Positions 1 through 8,850 of a stretch of 64,000 nt of DNA are shown here, piece after piece; position 1 is the first letter of the stretch, and the number at the start of each line of letters is the position of its first letter. Made by a program: the position numbers and the translations under genes. The notes beneath the pieces are model-generated. The model did not search any database. It saw nothing but the letters and a program-made list of their open reading frames with translations, and was not told the origin of the DNA. The DNA is from a virus, in the IMG/VR virus record IMGVR_UViG_3300001202_000057, positions 1 to 64,000 of that record; one strand, given 5' to 3'.

Positions 1-28
1 TAAAAGAATTAAAAAAAGAACCAATACA

Positions 29-1038
29 ATGGCTCAAAAGAGAAAACTCGTAGGTGTAGTTGCTGCACCAATAAACAATAAAAGTCAAACCGGATTAAAT
101 TCAGCTTATATTGAATTTTTAAAGATAATGTTTAATACAGATGTTGTCATAATAGATGCTACTTCTGAGAAATTTTTTGAAGATTTAGATTTATTACTAC
201 TTCCTGGTGGAGCTGACGTAGATACATCTAGATATAATAGAAAACCTAGTAGACATACTCAAAGACCAAATATTTATTATGAATGGTTTGATACTAATAT
301 GTTAGGAAAGTATATTGATGCTAATATACCAATTTTTGGTATTTGTAGAGGATTTCAAACTTTATCTGTATATTTTGGATGTACATTGTCTCAACATATC
401 TCTCAAGCATATTCTGAAAACAGATATGAATTAGTAGATACTCAAATTTTAAATGTTGAAGCTATGAAGGAAGCAGGCTTTTCTATTAGAAGTTATATTA
501 AAATTAAAGGTAATTCAAAATTGAAAGCTATCAAAACTAATTCTATGCATCATCAAGGATTACGTGATGAAAATATTCCTCAAGATAGTTCTGTAATACC
601 TTTAGCTTATAATCATAGTAAAAATAATATAGAAGCTATGACTATTGAGGGTAAACCAATTATTGCCGTACAATGGCACCCTAAATCTTTGGGGCTCTAA
701 CTGGTGACAGTTAGATAAACTTTGCGTGAATTGTCTGGAAACCCATCTAAAAAGGGTAATCAGCAGCCAAGCTTACTTAGGAATGAGTTTGAAGGTTCAG
801 AGACTAGGAAACGACACCAGAACGGTGAGTAATTTTCCCACGAGCGCGCAATAACTATTAAAAATAAATAGTTAAAGATATAGTCCAATCCTATAAAATG
901 ATAAATTATAGGCCTAAGAGGTAAACTCTTTTAGAAATAAGTTCATCCCTCTTGGAAGAAATTTGGGATGAATTCTCAATCAACGCAATTGAATCATTAT
1001 TAGCTTACAAAGAATCTAAAATAGAAGAAATAGTATGA
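29..1038 (+). CDS. Class-I glutamine amidotransferase / peptidase C26 (gamma-glutamyl hydrolase-like), split gene: exon 1 29..682, exon 2 955..1038
   Basis: ORF 29..700 shows LLLPGGADVD, the nucleophile elbow GICRGFQ, NSMHHQG and AVQWHP, then reads into the intron (KSLGL*). Joining U682 to G955 gives QWHP|EEIWDEF..., restoring the catalytic His-Pro-Glu. The paralog at 18221..18877 has this uninterrupted as IQAHPE. The exon 2 frame ends at TGA 1036..1038, overlapping the next ATG (ATGA). Confidence 0.8.
683..954 (+). ncRNA. Group I self-splicing intron, no internal ORF (about 272 nt)
   Basis: The classical conserved elements occur in order: P-like aattgtctggaaac (729..742), Q-like aatcagcagcc (758..768), R gttcagagacta (795..806) and S aagatatagtcc (875..886). 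R and S can pair gacta/tagtc (P7). The internal guide 5'-tctttgggg-3' (686..694) pairs continuously with the ligated exons ccct|gaaga, with a U682-G691 wobble at the 5' splice site. G954 is the terminal G. P9-type hairpins lie at 890..896/906..912 and 916..920/926..930. Confidence 0.8.
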
Positions 1039-1880
1039 GTAAAATAGTAAATCCAACATTTGGATCAGACCCAGAATTTATAGCAATTAATATTGATACA
1101 CAACAACCAATTAGTTGTGTAGGTAAAATAGGTGGAACTAAACATGAACCATTATCTATTGGTGAAGGTTGTTCACGTCAAGAAGATAATGTTTTAGCAG
1201 AAGTATGTATTCCACCTGTAACTAATAAAAAAGATTTTGTTAAATATATTACTTATGCTAAAAATGAAGTAAATAAATTATTAACTAAATTTAATGCTAA
1301 ACTGATTAGTGCTTCATCTATGGAATACCCTAATGAAGAATTACAATCAAAAGCAGCTAGAAAATTTGGTTGTTCTGAATCATGGTGTGCTTGGACTGGT
1401 GAGAGTGTAGACGTACCACCTGCTGAAATGGTGGGCAATTTAAGAAGTGCTGGTTTCCACATCCACATAGGATTTAAAGGAGACATTGAAGACTTTGATT
1501 TAATAGAGACTCTAATTCGTAATATGGATAAGTACTTAGGTCTACCTTCTCTAATAATAGATCGTGATACTGATAGACGTAAAATCTATGGTAAAGCTGG
1601 TGATTTCAGAAGTGAAGAATTAGCTGATGATATTATTAAAATAGAATACAGAACTCTTGGTGCTAATATGGGAGCTACTGATGAGTTAATGGAATATTGT
1701 TTTGATCAAACTTTATTGGCTATTGAAGCTACAAATAGAGGAGAATCTCCTGATCCCGTAATTGAAAAAATTATTGATAACAGTGATTCAGAATCAGCAG
1801 CTCTTCTTATTGAAGAATATGGTATTAATCTACCAGGTATTTTTGTTGAAAATGAATTAAAAGTAGAACTACATGCCTAA
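1035..1880 (+). CDS. Carboxylate-amine (COOH-NH2) ligase, GCS2/glutamine-synthetase-like fold, phage phiEco32-type
   Basis: Motifs GSDPEF, GFHIHIGF and IEYRTLG match the E-x-E / H-x-H / E-x-R pattern of GCS2-like amidoligases. The ATGA overlap with exon 2 of the upstream gene indicates translational coupling. Confidence 0.6.
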   Translation: MSKIVNPTFGSDPEFIAINIDTQQPISCVGKIGGTKHEPLSIGEGCSRQEDNVLAEVCIPPVTNKKDFVKYITYAKNEVNKLLTKFNAKLISASSMEYPNEELQSKAARKFGCSESWCAWTGESVDVPPAEMVGNLRSAGFHIHIGFKGDIEDFDLIETLIRNMDKYLGLPSLIIDRDTDRRKIYGKAGDFRSEELADDIIKIEYRTLGANMGATDELMEYCFDQTLLAIEATNRGESPDPVIEKIIDNSDSESAALLIEEYGINLPGIFVENELKVELHA

Positions 1881-2322
1881 CAATTTAGATATTATTACTT
1901 ATGGCTCTTTGAGAAAAGGAGAATACAACTTTGATAGATTTCCTGGTATGATATATAATAGTACTCAAACTATTACAGGATACAAACTGTATTCTTTAGG
2001 ATCTTATCCAGGTGTTAAACCTACTGGAGATATTAATGATGTATTAATAGTAGATCATTTAACTTGTCCAGATCAAGAAACTAAAGATTCCATTAATAGA
2101 ATGGAAAGAGGAGCCGGTTATGCTGCTGTAACTCTAGTTTTACCAAATGGTGAATCAGGAGAATTTTATCCCTATTTAGGAAATGTAGAAGAAAAAAATC
2201 TAGTGCCTCACGGTGATTGGACAAAAAGACAATTAAGCAATGAAGAGTATATTAAAGAAAAAGAAAGTATTAAAGAAGAAGAAGGTAGTGCGCAAGCCAG
2301 TACAGAAATCTCCCAAGTCTAG
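1873..2322 (+). CDS. Gamma-glutamylcyclotransferase (AIG2/GGCT-like)
   Basis: N-terminal YGSLRKGEYNF (YGSL..G signature), a size of about 150 aa and an acidic C-terminal tail. It overlaps the upstream stop by 8 nt. Confidence 0.6.
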   Translation: MPNNLDIITYGSLRKGEYNFDRFPGMIYNSTQTITGYKLYSLGSYPGVKPTGDINDVLIVDHLTCPDQETKDSINRMERGAGYAAVTLVLPNGESGEFYPYLGNVEEKNLVPHGDWTKRQLSNEEYIKEKESIKEEEGSAQASTEISQV

Positions 2323-3103
2323 AGTTATTACTCGTAAGAGATGGCCTTCTACTATATTAAGAGTACTATCAAGACACCCATCTCATAAGCCATTAAGGAA
2401 TGAGCGTATCAGAACCTCAGTACCTACAGTTTTAAGATTGGGTTCTGAAACAGATTGGAGAAGGGCAGAAATAGAAATTAATACTGTGGCTGCTGTTCAA
2501 AACTCAGCTTCTAAATCTAGAATGAAAAGATGTTTTATCCAAGCAGGAGTAATTACTCCTAAATTTTATACTAGAGCTTCTTTACAAAGACTTACCAATG
2601 CTCAAAAAGAAGAAGCATTACCTATTATTGGTAAAAGAGTATTTGGTTCTAGAGCTCAAGGTATGGTAAAATTAGATACTTTAGCACAACTTAATGAGTT
2701 TTTAGCTACTCACAACAATGGTTATTTATATGAAGAGTTTGTCAACTATTCTCGTGAATATAGATTACATGTTTCTACCAGAGGTGTATGTTTCTATTCC
2801 TGTAGAAAAATGTTGAGAAATGAGATTACAGAAAGACGTTGGTTAAGAAATGATTCTAATTCTAATTGGATTATGGAAACTACTACTGAATTATTTAACA
2901 AGCCAGTTACTTGGAATGCTATTGTTGCAGATTGTGTAAGAGCTCTCAATGCAGTAGGATTAGATGTAGGTGCTTGTGATGTCAAAGTAGCCAAAGATGG
3001 CAGACATTCTATTATTGAAATCAATTCAGCTCCAAGTTTTGGTGATATTACTCTACAAAAGTATATCACTGAAGTAAAAGAGTTAATTAAAATTAAATCA
3101 TAA
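2240..3103 (+). CDS. ATP-grasp amidoligase (RimK-like). The start is uncertain: ATG 2240 or GTG 2288.
   Basis: IGKRVFGSRAQGMVKL, YLYEEFVNYSREYRLHV and DVGACDVKVAKDGRHSIIEINSAPSFG are typical ATP-grasp central and C-terminal motifs. The first ~28 codons overlap the GGCT gene and are Lys-rich, so the true start may be internal. Confidence 0.65.
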   Translation: MKSILKKKKVLKKKKVVRKPVQKSPKSRVITRKRWPSTILRVLSRHPSHKPLRNERIRTSVPTVLRLGSETDWRRAEIEINTVAAVQNSASKSRMKRCFIQAGVITPKFYTRASLQRLTNAQKEEALPIIGKRVFGSRAQGMVKLDTLAQLNEFLATHNNGYLYEEFVNYSREYRLHVSTRGVCFYSCRKMLRNEITERRWLRNDSNSNWIMETTTELFNKPVTWNAIVADCVRALNAVGLDVGACDVKVAKDGRHSIIEINSAPSFGDITLQKYITEVKELIKIKS

Positions 3104-3104
3104 T

Positions 3105-4847
3105 ATGTGTGGTATAATTGCTTACACAGGCAAACAAAGAATAGACATTGATAAGTTAAAATTACTTATGATGTTTTCTAGAAAAAGAGGTACTGATAGT
3201 TGTGGGTTTTGGTATAATGAAAAAAGAATTATTGGATATAATAGATTTGGAAATGGTTTAGATACTTCTGATTCAGTTAACTTATTTAAACATGTTATTT
3301 TTAAAAAGAGTAAAAATAGTAGAGTTAAAAATAAAACTGTTATTGCTCATACTAGACGTAAATCTTATGGCTTAGCCAAAGCTGAAAATGCCCATCCATT
3401 TGAAATTACAGATGATAATGATAACATATTAATAATAGGTTGTCATAATGGTACTTTACATAAATCTGGAATGAAACGTTTTTTAGAAAAATGGAAATTA
3501 GATTCTGAAGAACATGATGTTGATTCATATTTTTTACTTAAAGCTTTGGCTTTAAATAGAGACAATATGGGAGGTGTATTATCTAGTTATATAGGAACTG
3601 CTGCTCTAGCATTTAGCTTTCCTGATGATCCAGGTAGTTTATATCTTTGGTCTGGTGAATCCACTATTAACCAAAATACTTCTGCTAATCACATAGAGAG
3701 ACCTTTACATTACTATCAAAATAAAACTGGTATATATTTTGCCTCAGAAGAAAATTTCCTCACAGGAACATTCAATGTAGATTTAGAGGATATACAAGAG
3801 GTCCCTAGTAATACTTTGATGTATTTTAAAAATGGAGAGTTAATTGAATCTGTAAAATATAGTAGAGATAAAGCTTCTCAAGAGTTGTATTATAGTGTAC
3901 AAACTACTAATAATAGGATTAGAACTGACTATGGTCATGGAGCTTCAACTATAAAAAAGTTGCCAGCATCTACTCAGAAGAACTCTGGAGAACGAGATTC
4001 GATGCCATATTCAAGTAGAGAGAAAGCTTATAGTAGATTTTTAATGAGGCAGAAAAAGAATGCCACAAAACAAATTTTATTATTAAGTGACATCCCCACT
4101 CCAGTTAAAATTGCTAATAATAGAATATATGAGTGGAAACTCAGATATTGGAGAAATGGACATCTTGCAGAAGGAGAGTATTTATTATCTCCAGATGGAC
4201 TTGAAATATCTCCAAAAGATTTATTAAATGATCCTACTATTAAAGCTAAACTCTATTATTTTTATAAAGGTATAATGGTCTTTGATCAAAAAAGTATTGA
4301 TATATTAAAAACAATTAATGTTTCAGGATTAAAAAACTATTCTAGTTTACGTAAAATGTTAAATCCAGAACAAATACTTTTTAAAGGTGATAGAGATGTT
4401 TCTATTTATCATTTAGAAACTAAAGAGAAAGCTACTTCATTTTTTAGTAAAATACCTTTTTCATATTATAATTATAGAATAGAAGAAGGAGAATTACTTT
4501 ATGTACATTTAAAAGTTAAACATTCTAAGACATATGAACTTAAAGGTAAAAAATTAGTTTTAAAAGAAAATAGAACTAATAGTAAAATAGGGAATAAAAT
4601 ACCTTTAGATAATTTTATGTCTAATATTAAAAGAATTACAACTCCTTCTGAAGACATAAAAGGAAGATTTGACAATCTTCTTAATGAAGAAGATCAATTT
4701 ACTAATAAGATAAAATTATATAATCATTTTTGTGAAACACAATTTAAAACTTCTAAAGACTGCGACAACCACTTTGAGTGTCATTTGGGAATACCTTATG
4801 ATTGGAGTATGTCTCCCGAAGAAAATTGGATTCCTTTTACTGAGTAA
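3105..4847 (+). CDS. Class-II (Ntn) glutamine amidotransferase domain protein with a ~300-aa C-terminal extension of unknown function
   Basis: It starts MCGIIAYTG (Cys2 nucleophile after Met removal), followed by HTRRKSYG...NAHPF and GCHNGTL, which are typical of GATase type 2. The C-terminal half has no motif I recognise. Confidence 0.7.
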   Translation: MCGIIAYTGKQRIDIDKLKLLMMFSRKRGTDSCGFWYNEKRIIGYNRFGNGLDTSDSVNLFKHVIFKKSKNSRVKNKTVIAHTRRKSYGLAKAENAHPFEITDDNDNILIIGCHNGTLHKSGMKRFLEKWKLDSEEHDVDSYFLLKALALNRDNMGGVLSSYIGTAALAFSFPDDPGSLYLWSGESTINQNTSANHIERPLHYYQNKTGIYFASEENFLTGTFNVDLEDIQEVPSNTLMYFKNGELIESVKYSRDKASQELYYSVQTTNNRIRTDYGHGASTIKKLPASTQKNSGERDSMPYSSREKAYSRFLMRQKKNATKQILLLSDIPTPVKIANNRIYEWKLRYWRNGHLAEGEYLLSPDGLEISPKDLLNDPTIKAKLYYFYKGIMVFDQKSIDILKTINVSGLKNYSSLRKMLNPEQILFKGDRDVSIYHLETKEKATSFFSKIPFSYYNYRIEEGELLYVHLKVKHSKTYELKGKKLVLKENRTNSKIGNKIPLDNFMSNIKRITTPSEDIKGRFDNLLNEEDQFTNKIKLYNHFCETQFKTSKDCDNHFECHLGIPYDWSMSPEENWIPFTE

Positions 4848-4860
4848 GACACTTGAAATT

Positions 4861-6399
4861 ATGGGATTAAATATAGTAACATTTGATGGAACTTTATCTA
4901 AAAAATCTAAATGTATAATAATTGATAATGAATATTATATATTAGGTGATGTTAAGGTTAAAAATTCTGGACAATGTTTGAGATTAACACCAGATGGAGA
5001 GCCTATAAAACTTTCTTCTGGTGAAGTAGTTTGGGATCATGAAAATAATATTTATGATTATCGTAGAAAATTAATACATGGAGTTGTTTCAGCAAATAAA
5101 ACTGAAACAGTCCTTGGTTATTTTTCTCCAAACTTACTTGAAAATGTTAGTGTAATAACTGATACTAAATTTTATACTGCTTTAAATCAAAAATGTCTTG
5201 GTAGTTCTTTTAAAGAAGATATAATATCAGGATGGTTTTCTAGAAGTGTTCCTATTTCTAATAGAGTTAATACTAAAAATATTTCTCGTATAGTTTCTGA
5301 CATTAGTATTGGAGAAAAAAGAATGCCAGCAAAACAAAATTACAGAAGTATTTTTAAAAACACTTACAATGTTGAAGATGATAAGAGAATATTTGAAGCT
5401 CTTACTAAAACTTCTTTAAAAGCATTACCTAGTATTAAAAATACATTAAGTAAATATGAAAAGAATCTTTTTGACTATTCTATTGGAATAGAATTAGAGA
5501 CTATTTTTGGGAAAATACCAATGAAATACCTATTTAAATATGGTTTAATACCTCTTAGAGATGGTAGTATCAATGGTTTTGAATACACTTCAATACCTTA
5601 TAGACATAATAAAAAACTTTCTACATTGAAAGAAATTTGTGAAATGATGTCTAAAAGAACTGGAGTTAATAAGTATTGTAGTTTTCATATTCATTTTGGC
5701 AATGTGAATAAGGATAAACTATATATAATAGCTCTGTACATGTTGTGTTACCAATTACAACATGAGCTACATGAAATAGTTCCTCCTTTTAAAAAAGATC
5801 TTGAATATTTACGTAGTAAGAAAAAAGATCATTGTAAATTCTTAAATAGTTTATCATTATTTGATAACAGTATTTTTGAAGCTACTGGAAAAGAGGATTT
5901 TAACAAAAGAGTTGCAGAAGCATATTCTACTATCTTTAGTTTTTTAAATGAGAATAATAAACCTTCTCATCAATATAATAAGACTAACCAGTCTCATGTC
6001 AAGTCTGGTCAAGATAAATGGAATTTTACTACAAGGTATTATTTTGTTAATTTTTTAAACTTGTTATTTTCAAAAAGAGGTACTATTGAATTTAGGCTTC
6101 ATCACGGAACTGTAAACAAGTATAAAATAATTTATTGGACATTAATAAATTCTTTTATTCTTAAGTTTGCAGAAAACAATATCAAAGGCATTATTAATAA
6201 AGAATTTAAAGTTAATTTATCTGATATTATTACACAAACTTGTAAAGATGAAGATCTTGGTATAGCTTTGTTAGATTATATTAGAGAAAGAAAATCTTTA
6301 TTTTTAGATGACTATATGAATGGAAATCTCGGTGATACAGCTGATTTTATCAATGATCCAATGTATGTACATAACATGGGTAGAGAATTAGGTATATGA
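4861..6399 (+). CDS. Second GCS2-like amidoligase (Amidoligase_2-type)
   Basis: IGIELETIFG, RDGSINGFEYTS, SFHIHFG and TIEFRLHHGT give the E-x-E / H-x-H / E-F-R pattern. The ORF track begins at 4732 inside the upstream gene. ATG 4861, just after the upstream stop (4847), is the likelier start. Confidence 0.6.
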   Translation: MGLNIVTFDGTLSKKSKCIIIDNEYYILGDVKVKNSGQCLRLTPDGEPIKLSSGEVVWDHENNIYDYRRKLIHGVVSANKTETVLGYFSPNLLENVSVITDTKFYTALNQKCLGSSFKEDIISGWFSRSVPISNRVNTKNISRIVSDISIGEKRMPAKQNYRSIFKNTYNVEDDKRIFEALTKTSLKALPSIKNTLSKYEKNLFDYSIGIELETIFGKIPMKYLFKYGLIPLRDGSINGFEYTSIPYRHNKKLSTLKEICEMMSKRTGVNKYCSFHIHFGNVNKDKLYIIALYMLCYQLQHELHEIVPPFKKDLEYLRSKKKDHCKFLNSLSLFDNSIFEATGKEDFNKRVAEAYSTIFSFLNENNKPSHQYNKTNQSHVKSGQDKWNFTTRYYFVNFLNLLFSKRGTIEFRLHHGTVNKYKIIYWTLINSFILKFAENNIKGIINKEFKVNLSDIITQTCKDEDLGIALLDYIRERKSLFLDDYMNGNLGDTADFINDPMYVHNMGRELGI

Positions 6400-6827
6400 C
6401 AAATAAGAAACCTAGAAGTAATATAGGTAAACGTAATAGAAATAAAGGTAACAATTTTGAAAGGCAGTTAGCTAAACTTTTAAGAGAATATGGTTACAAG
6501 TATTGTAAGACTTCTAGGCAAGCATCAAGGCTTTTAGATGATTGTAAGATTGATATTTCTGGTATTAATATGATAATACAGGCTAAGGCTGGCTATAAAA
6601 GAGCTAGACCTAAGTATGATGTCATATTCAGAGAAATTAAAAAATGTATTAAAGATAATTTTCCTCCTAATCACACTATTCACAATTTACCAATTATATT
6701 GGTACATAAAATGGATGGTAGAAAACAAGAAAATTGGACTTGGACATTTAATCATGAAGATGTAAAGGAGTTAATTCTCCCTAATCTAATAAAAACTTTG
6801 AATGAACAGAATAGAGGAGTACTTTAA
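6396..6827 (+). CDS. Small basic PD-(D/E)XK nuclease, Holliday-junction-resolvase-like
   Basis: GNNFERQLAKLLREYGY ... DDCKIDISG ... IIQAKAG resembles the E / D / (E/Q)-x-K layout of Hjc-type resolvases. The ATGA overlap with the upstream gene indicates coupling. Confidence 0.4.
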   Translation: MTNKKPRSNIGKRNRNKGNNFERQLAKLLREYGYKYCKTSRQASRLLDDCKIDISGINMIIQAKAGYKRARPKYDVIFREIKKCIKDNFPPNHTIHNLPIILVHKMDGRKQENWTWTFNHEDVKELILPNLIKTLNEQNRGVL

Positions 6828-7836
6828 AACTGACGCTTACTCCCAATCTCAGCTTAAAGCTAAAGGAGGGAGTGAGCCTAGAATTAATAGTAAAAAAAAA
6901 GATGCAGAAGTGATGTATTATGAAGAGAAAAGACATTTTGTCAAAGGCTCTTTAGTAGATACTATACTGACTGCTCCTGAATTGTTAGATTCACTGTATC
7001 ATATTATAGAGGATGTAACATTATCAGAAAAACAAGTCTCTATTATTAAATATATTTGGGATAAGTGTGAGGATAAGTCTACGGACTTATCTGAACTCCC
7101 AGATTTAATAATAGAAGCTTATGAATTTCATAAGTACCAAGCCAGACAACTGAGGGACACTAAAATTAAAAAGTGTACTGAGGAATGTTCTGACTACTGG
7201 AATCAACTTAGAGAGGCTGGGGAAAGACAAATTATTCCTAAATCCTATTATGAAGTTGCTAAGGTTGCTGCTAATTCCCTCATGAGTGGGGAATATACTA
7301 AGCAGTACTTTCAGACCACTGGTGCTGAAGAAATTAAATTTCAATTAGCTGTGTACTTTGAGTACATGGGTAAGAATTGTAAAGCTCTTATGGATATGGT
7401 TAGATTTGACCATGTTAAAAGAACTATACAACTTATAGACATAAAAACTACTGGTGATTATCTTTCTAAATTTTCTATTTCTGTCAAGAAATTTAGATAT
7501 GATATTCAACTAGCATTTTATAACTTAGCTTTGAAAACTAAGTTTCCAGAATACACAATATTACAGCCTATATTATTAGCTGTAAGTTTTAAAGAACCTG
7601 AATTTGCTGAACCTTTTGAAATATCTTCTGAAGATCTACTTATTGGATCAGAAGGGTCTAAATATAAAACAGTAGAAACTAGTGATCTTAATACAGCACA
7701 CTACTATTTTAAAAGAGATAATTCTATTGATGGGTATGAACAACTATTAGAAAGAGTTATTAGAAGGGAAAAGCAAGAAGAATTTTACAATGAAGAATTA
7801 ATGTTTTCAGGAGTTAACAAATTAAAACTTTGGTAA
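6802..7836 (+). CDS. RecB-family PD-(D/E)XK exonuclease
   Basis: GSLVDTILT, LIDIKTTGD (D-x-K) and YDIQLAFYNLAL (Q-x-x-x-Y) are RecB/Cas4-type nuclease motifs. No Cys cluster is present. Confidence 0.55.
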   Translation: MNRIEEYFKTDAYSQSQLKAKGGSEPRINSKKKDAEVMYYEEKRHFVKGSLVDTILTAPELLDSLYHIIEDVTLSEKQVSIIKYIWDKCEDKSTDLSELPDLIIEAYEFHKYQARQLRDTKIKKCTEECSDYWNQLREAGERQIIPKSYYEVAKVAANSLMSGEYTKQYFQTTGAEEIKFQLAVYFEYMGKNCKALMDMVRFDHVKRTIQLIDIKTTGDYLSKFSISVKKFRYDIQLAFYNLALKTKFPEYTILQPILLAVSFKEPEFAEPFEISSEDLLIGSEGSKYKTVETSDLNTAHYYFKRDNSIDGYEQLLERVIRREKQEEFYNEELMFSGVNKLKLW

Positions 7837-8510
7837 AAACAAGAGAAGGACTTACTATCACTCCTGGTAAAAGATATGATAATAAAACAGCTAGATACTT
7901 AGCTCCATGTCTCAAAGATTGGGGACAAGAATTAGAATCTAATACATTTTCTAATTATATTTTAGCTGTGGGTATAGGTGATAGTGAGTATAGTGAAGAA
8001 ATACCTGATAGAATATTTTTACTATTTGATGTTAATGGAAAACGTAGGTATAATAAATACCCACAAAAAAGTAATGCCAATTTTAAATTTGGTGAATATT
8101 TAGAATTTATAAAATATCATCCGGCTTATGTAGATGATTATGTATATGACAATATGCAAGATGGTAACCAGCATATGGTTATATTAACTCTACCTCAACA
8201 TTTTAAAGATTCTGAATTATTTGATAAATTTTTACAAGGTAGATATTCTGAAATGTATACATCTGAAGAGATGGAAAGATTATTTAGTAGAGTTCTATTG
8301 AAAGATAGAGTTAAAATAGATAATCCTCAATACTTAATAATCAACAAAGATCCAAACTACGAAGAAACATTTAGAGAAAAATTAATGGAGGATTTTGATA
8401 TTAATAGACCTACATATGACATATCTGATAGAGAATGGGATTATAAACCATTTTTATCAGAAGAAGTATTTAACTATGAGCAAAAAAACAAAATCAGCCT
8501 TACGCTATAA
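7830..8510 (+). CDS. Hypothetical protein (TTG start inferred)
   Basis: A 226-codon ORF in the co-directional gene array with no recognisable motif. The only start near the upstream stop is TTG 7830. Confidence 0.45.
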   Translation: MVKTREGLTITPGKRYDNKTARYLAPCLKDWGQELESNTFSNYILAVGIGDSEYSEEIPDRIFLLFDVNGKRRYNKYPQKSNANFKFGEYLEFIKYHPAYVDDYVYDNMQDGNQHMVILTLPQHFKDSELFDKFLQGRYSEMYTSEEMERLFSRVLLKDRVKIDNPQYLIINKDPNYEETFREKLMEDFDINRPTYDISDREWDYKPFLSEEVFNYEQKNKISLTL

Positions 8511-8850
8511 TATTGGTAAGGAAGACTTTAACTTAATTGATTATAAATCTCTAATACCTTTAATAAAGGTTATGGAGTTTGGGGAAAATAAATATTCCAG
8601 AAATAATTGGAAGCAAGGTGGTTTTAGTAAGGAGAGTATTTTAAACTCACTTTTAAGACACACAGCTAAACTATCTGATGCTGTTAGTAATAACACTTCA
8701 GAATTTGATGAAGAGTCATTTGTTCATCATATTGGTAGTATAATGGCAAATGCCATGTTTTATAGCCACTATTTTGTTGATACCCCCATTGACCCAGACG
8801 TCAATTGGGAAGAACATTTAAATAACATTCAAAAAAAATTTAAACAATGA
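8476..8850 (+). CDS. All-alpha NTP pyrophosphohydrolase-like protein (resembles the dATP/dGTP diphosphohydrolase N-terminal domain family)
   Basis: LIDYKSLIPLIKVMEFGENKYSRNNWKQGG...LNSLLRHTAKL...EESFVHHIGSIMANAMF follows the family pattern LIP..AL...V..FG..KY...NW..G....L.A.LRH......ESG..HL....N..F. ATG 8476 was chosen over the upstream-extended ORF-track start at 8395. Confidence 0.45.
   Translation: MSKKTKSALRYNIGKEDFNLIDYKSLIPLIKVMEFGENKYSRNNWKQGGFSKESILNSLLRHTAKLSDAVSNNTSEFDEESFVHHIGSIMANAMFYSHYFVDTPIDPDVNWEEHLNNIQKKFKQ

Noticed and set aside
683-700. C-terminal tail KSLGL* of ORF 29..700 as genuine coding sequence
   Set aside because: It begins exactly at the predicted 5' splice site and reads into the intron guide sequence. 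The spliced product restores the catalytic HPE motif and a 27-aa C-terminus coupled to the next gene.
934-954. Alternative 3' splice site giving exon 2 = EISSSLLEEIW... (exon start at 934)
   Set aside because: It is in frame and also restores HPE, but the nucleotide before 934 is A, not the near-universal terminal G. The P10 pairing with tcttt (686..690) also fits gaaga at 955..959, not gaaat at 934.
4732-4860. Upstream extensions of ORF-track models (4732..4860, 8395..8475, 13843..13911; possibly 2240..2287, 12419..12433 and 13056..13085)
   Set aside because: These segments overlap the 3' ends of the preceding genes, encode motif-free sequence and precede an in-frame ATG (or GTG) located right after the upstream stop. 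They were treated as ORF-caller over-extension rather than real overlaps or frameshift sites.
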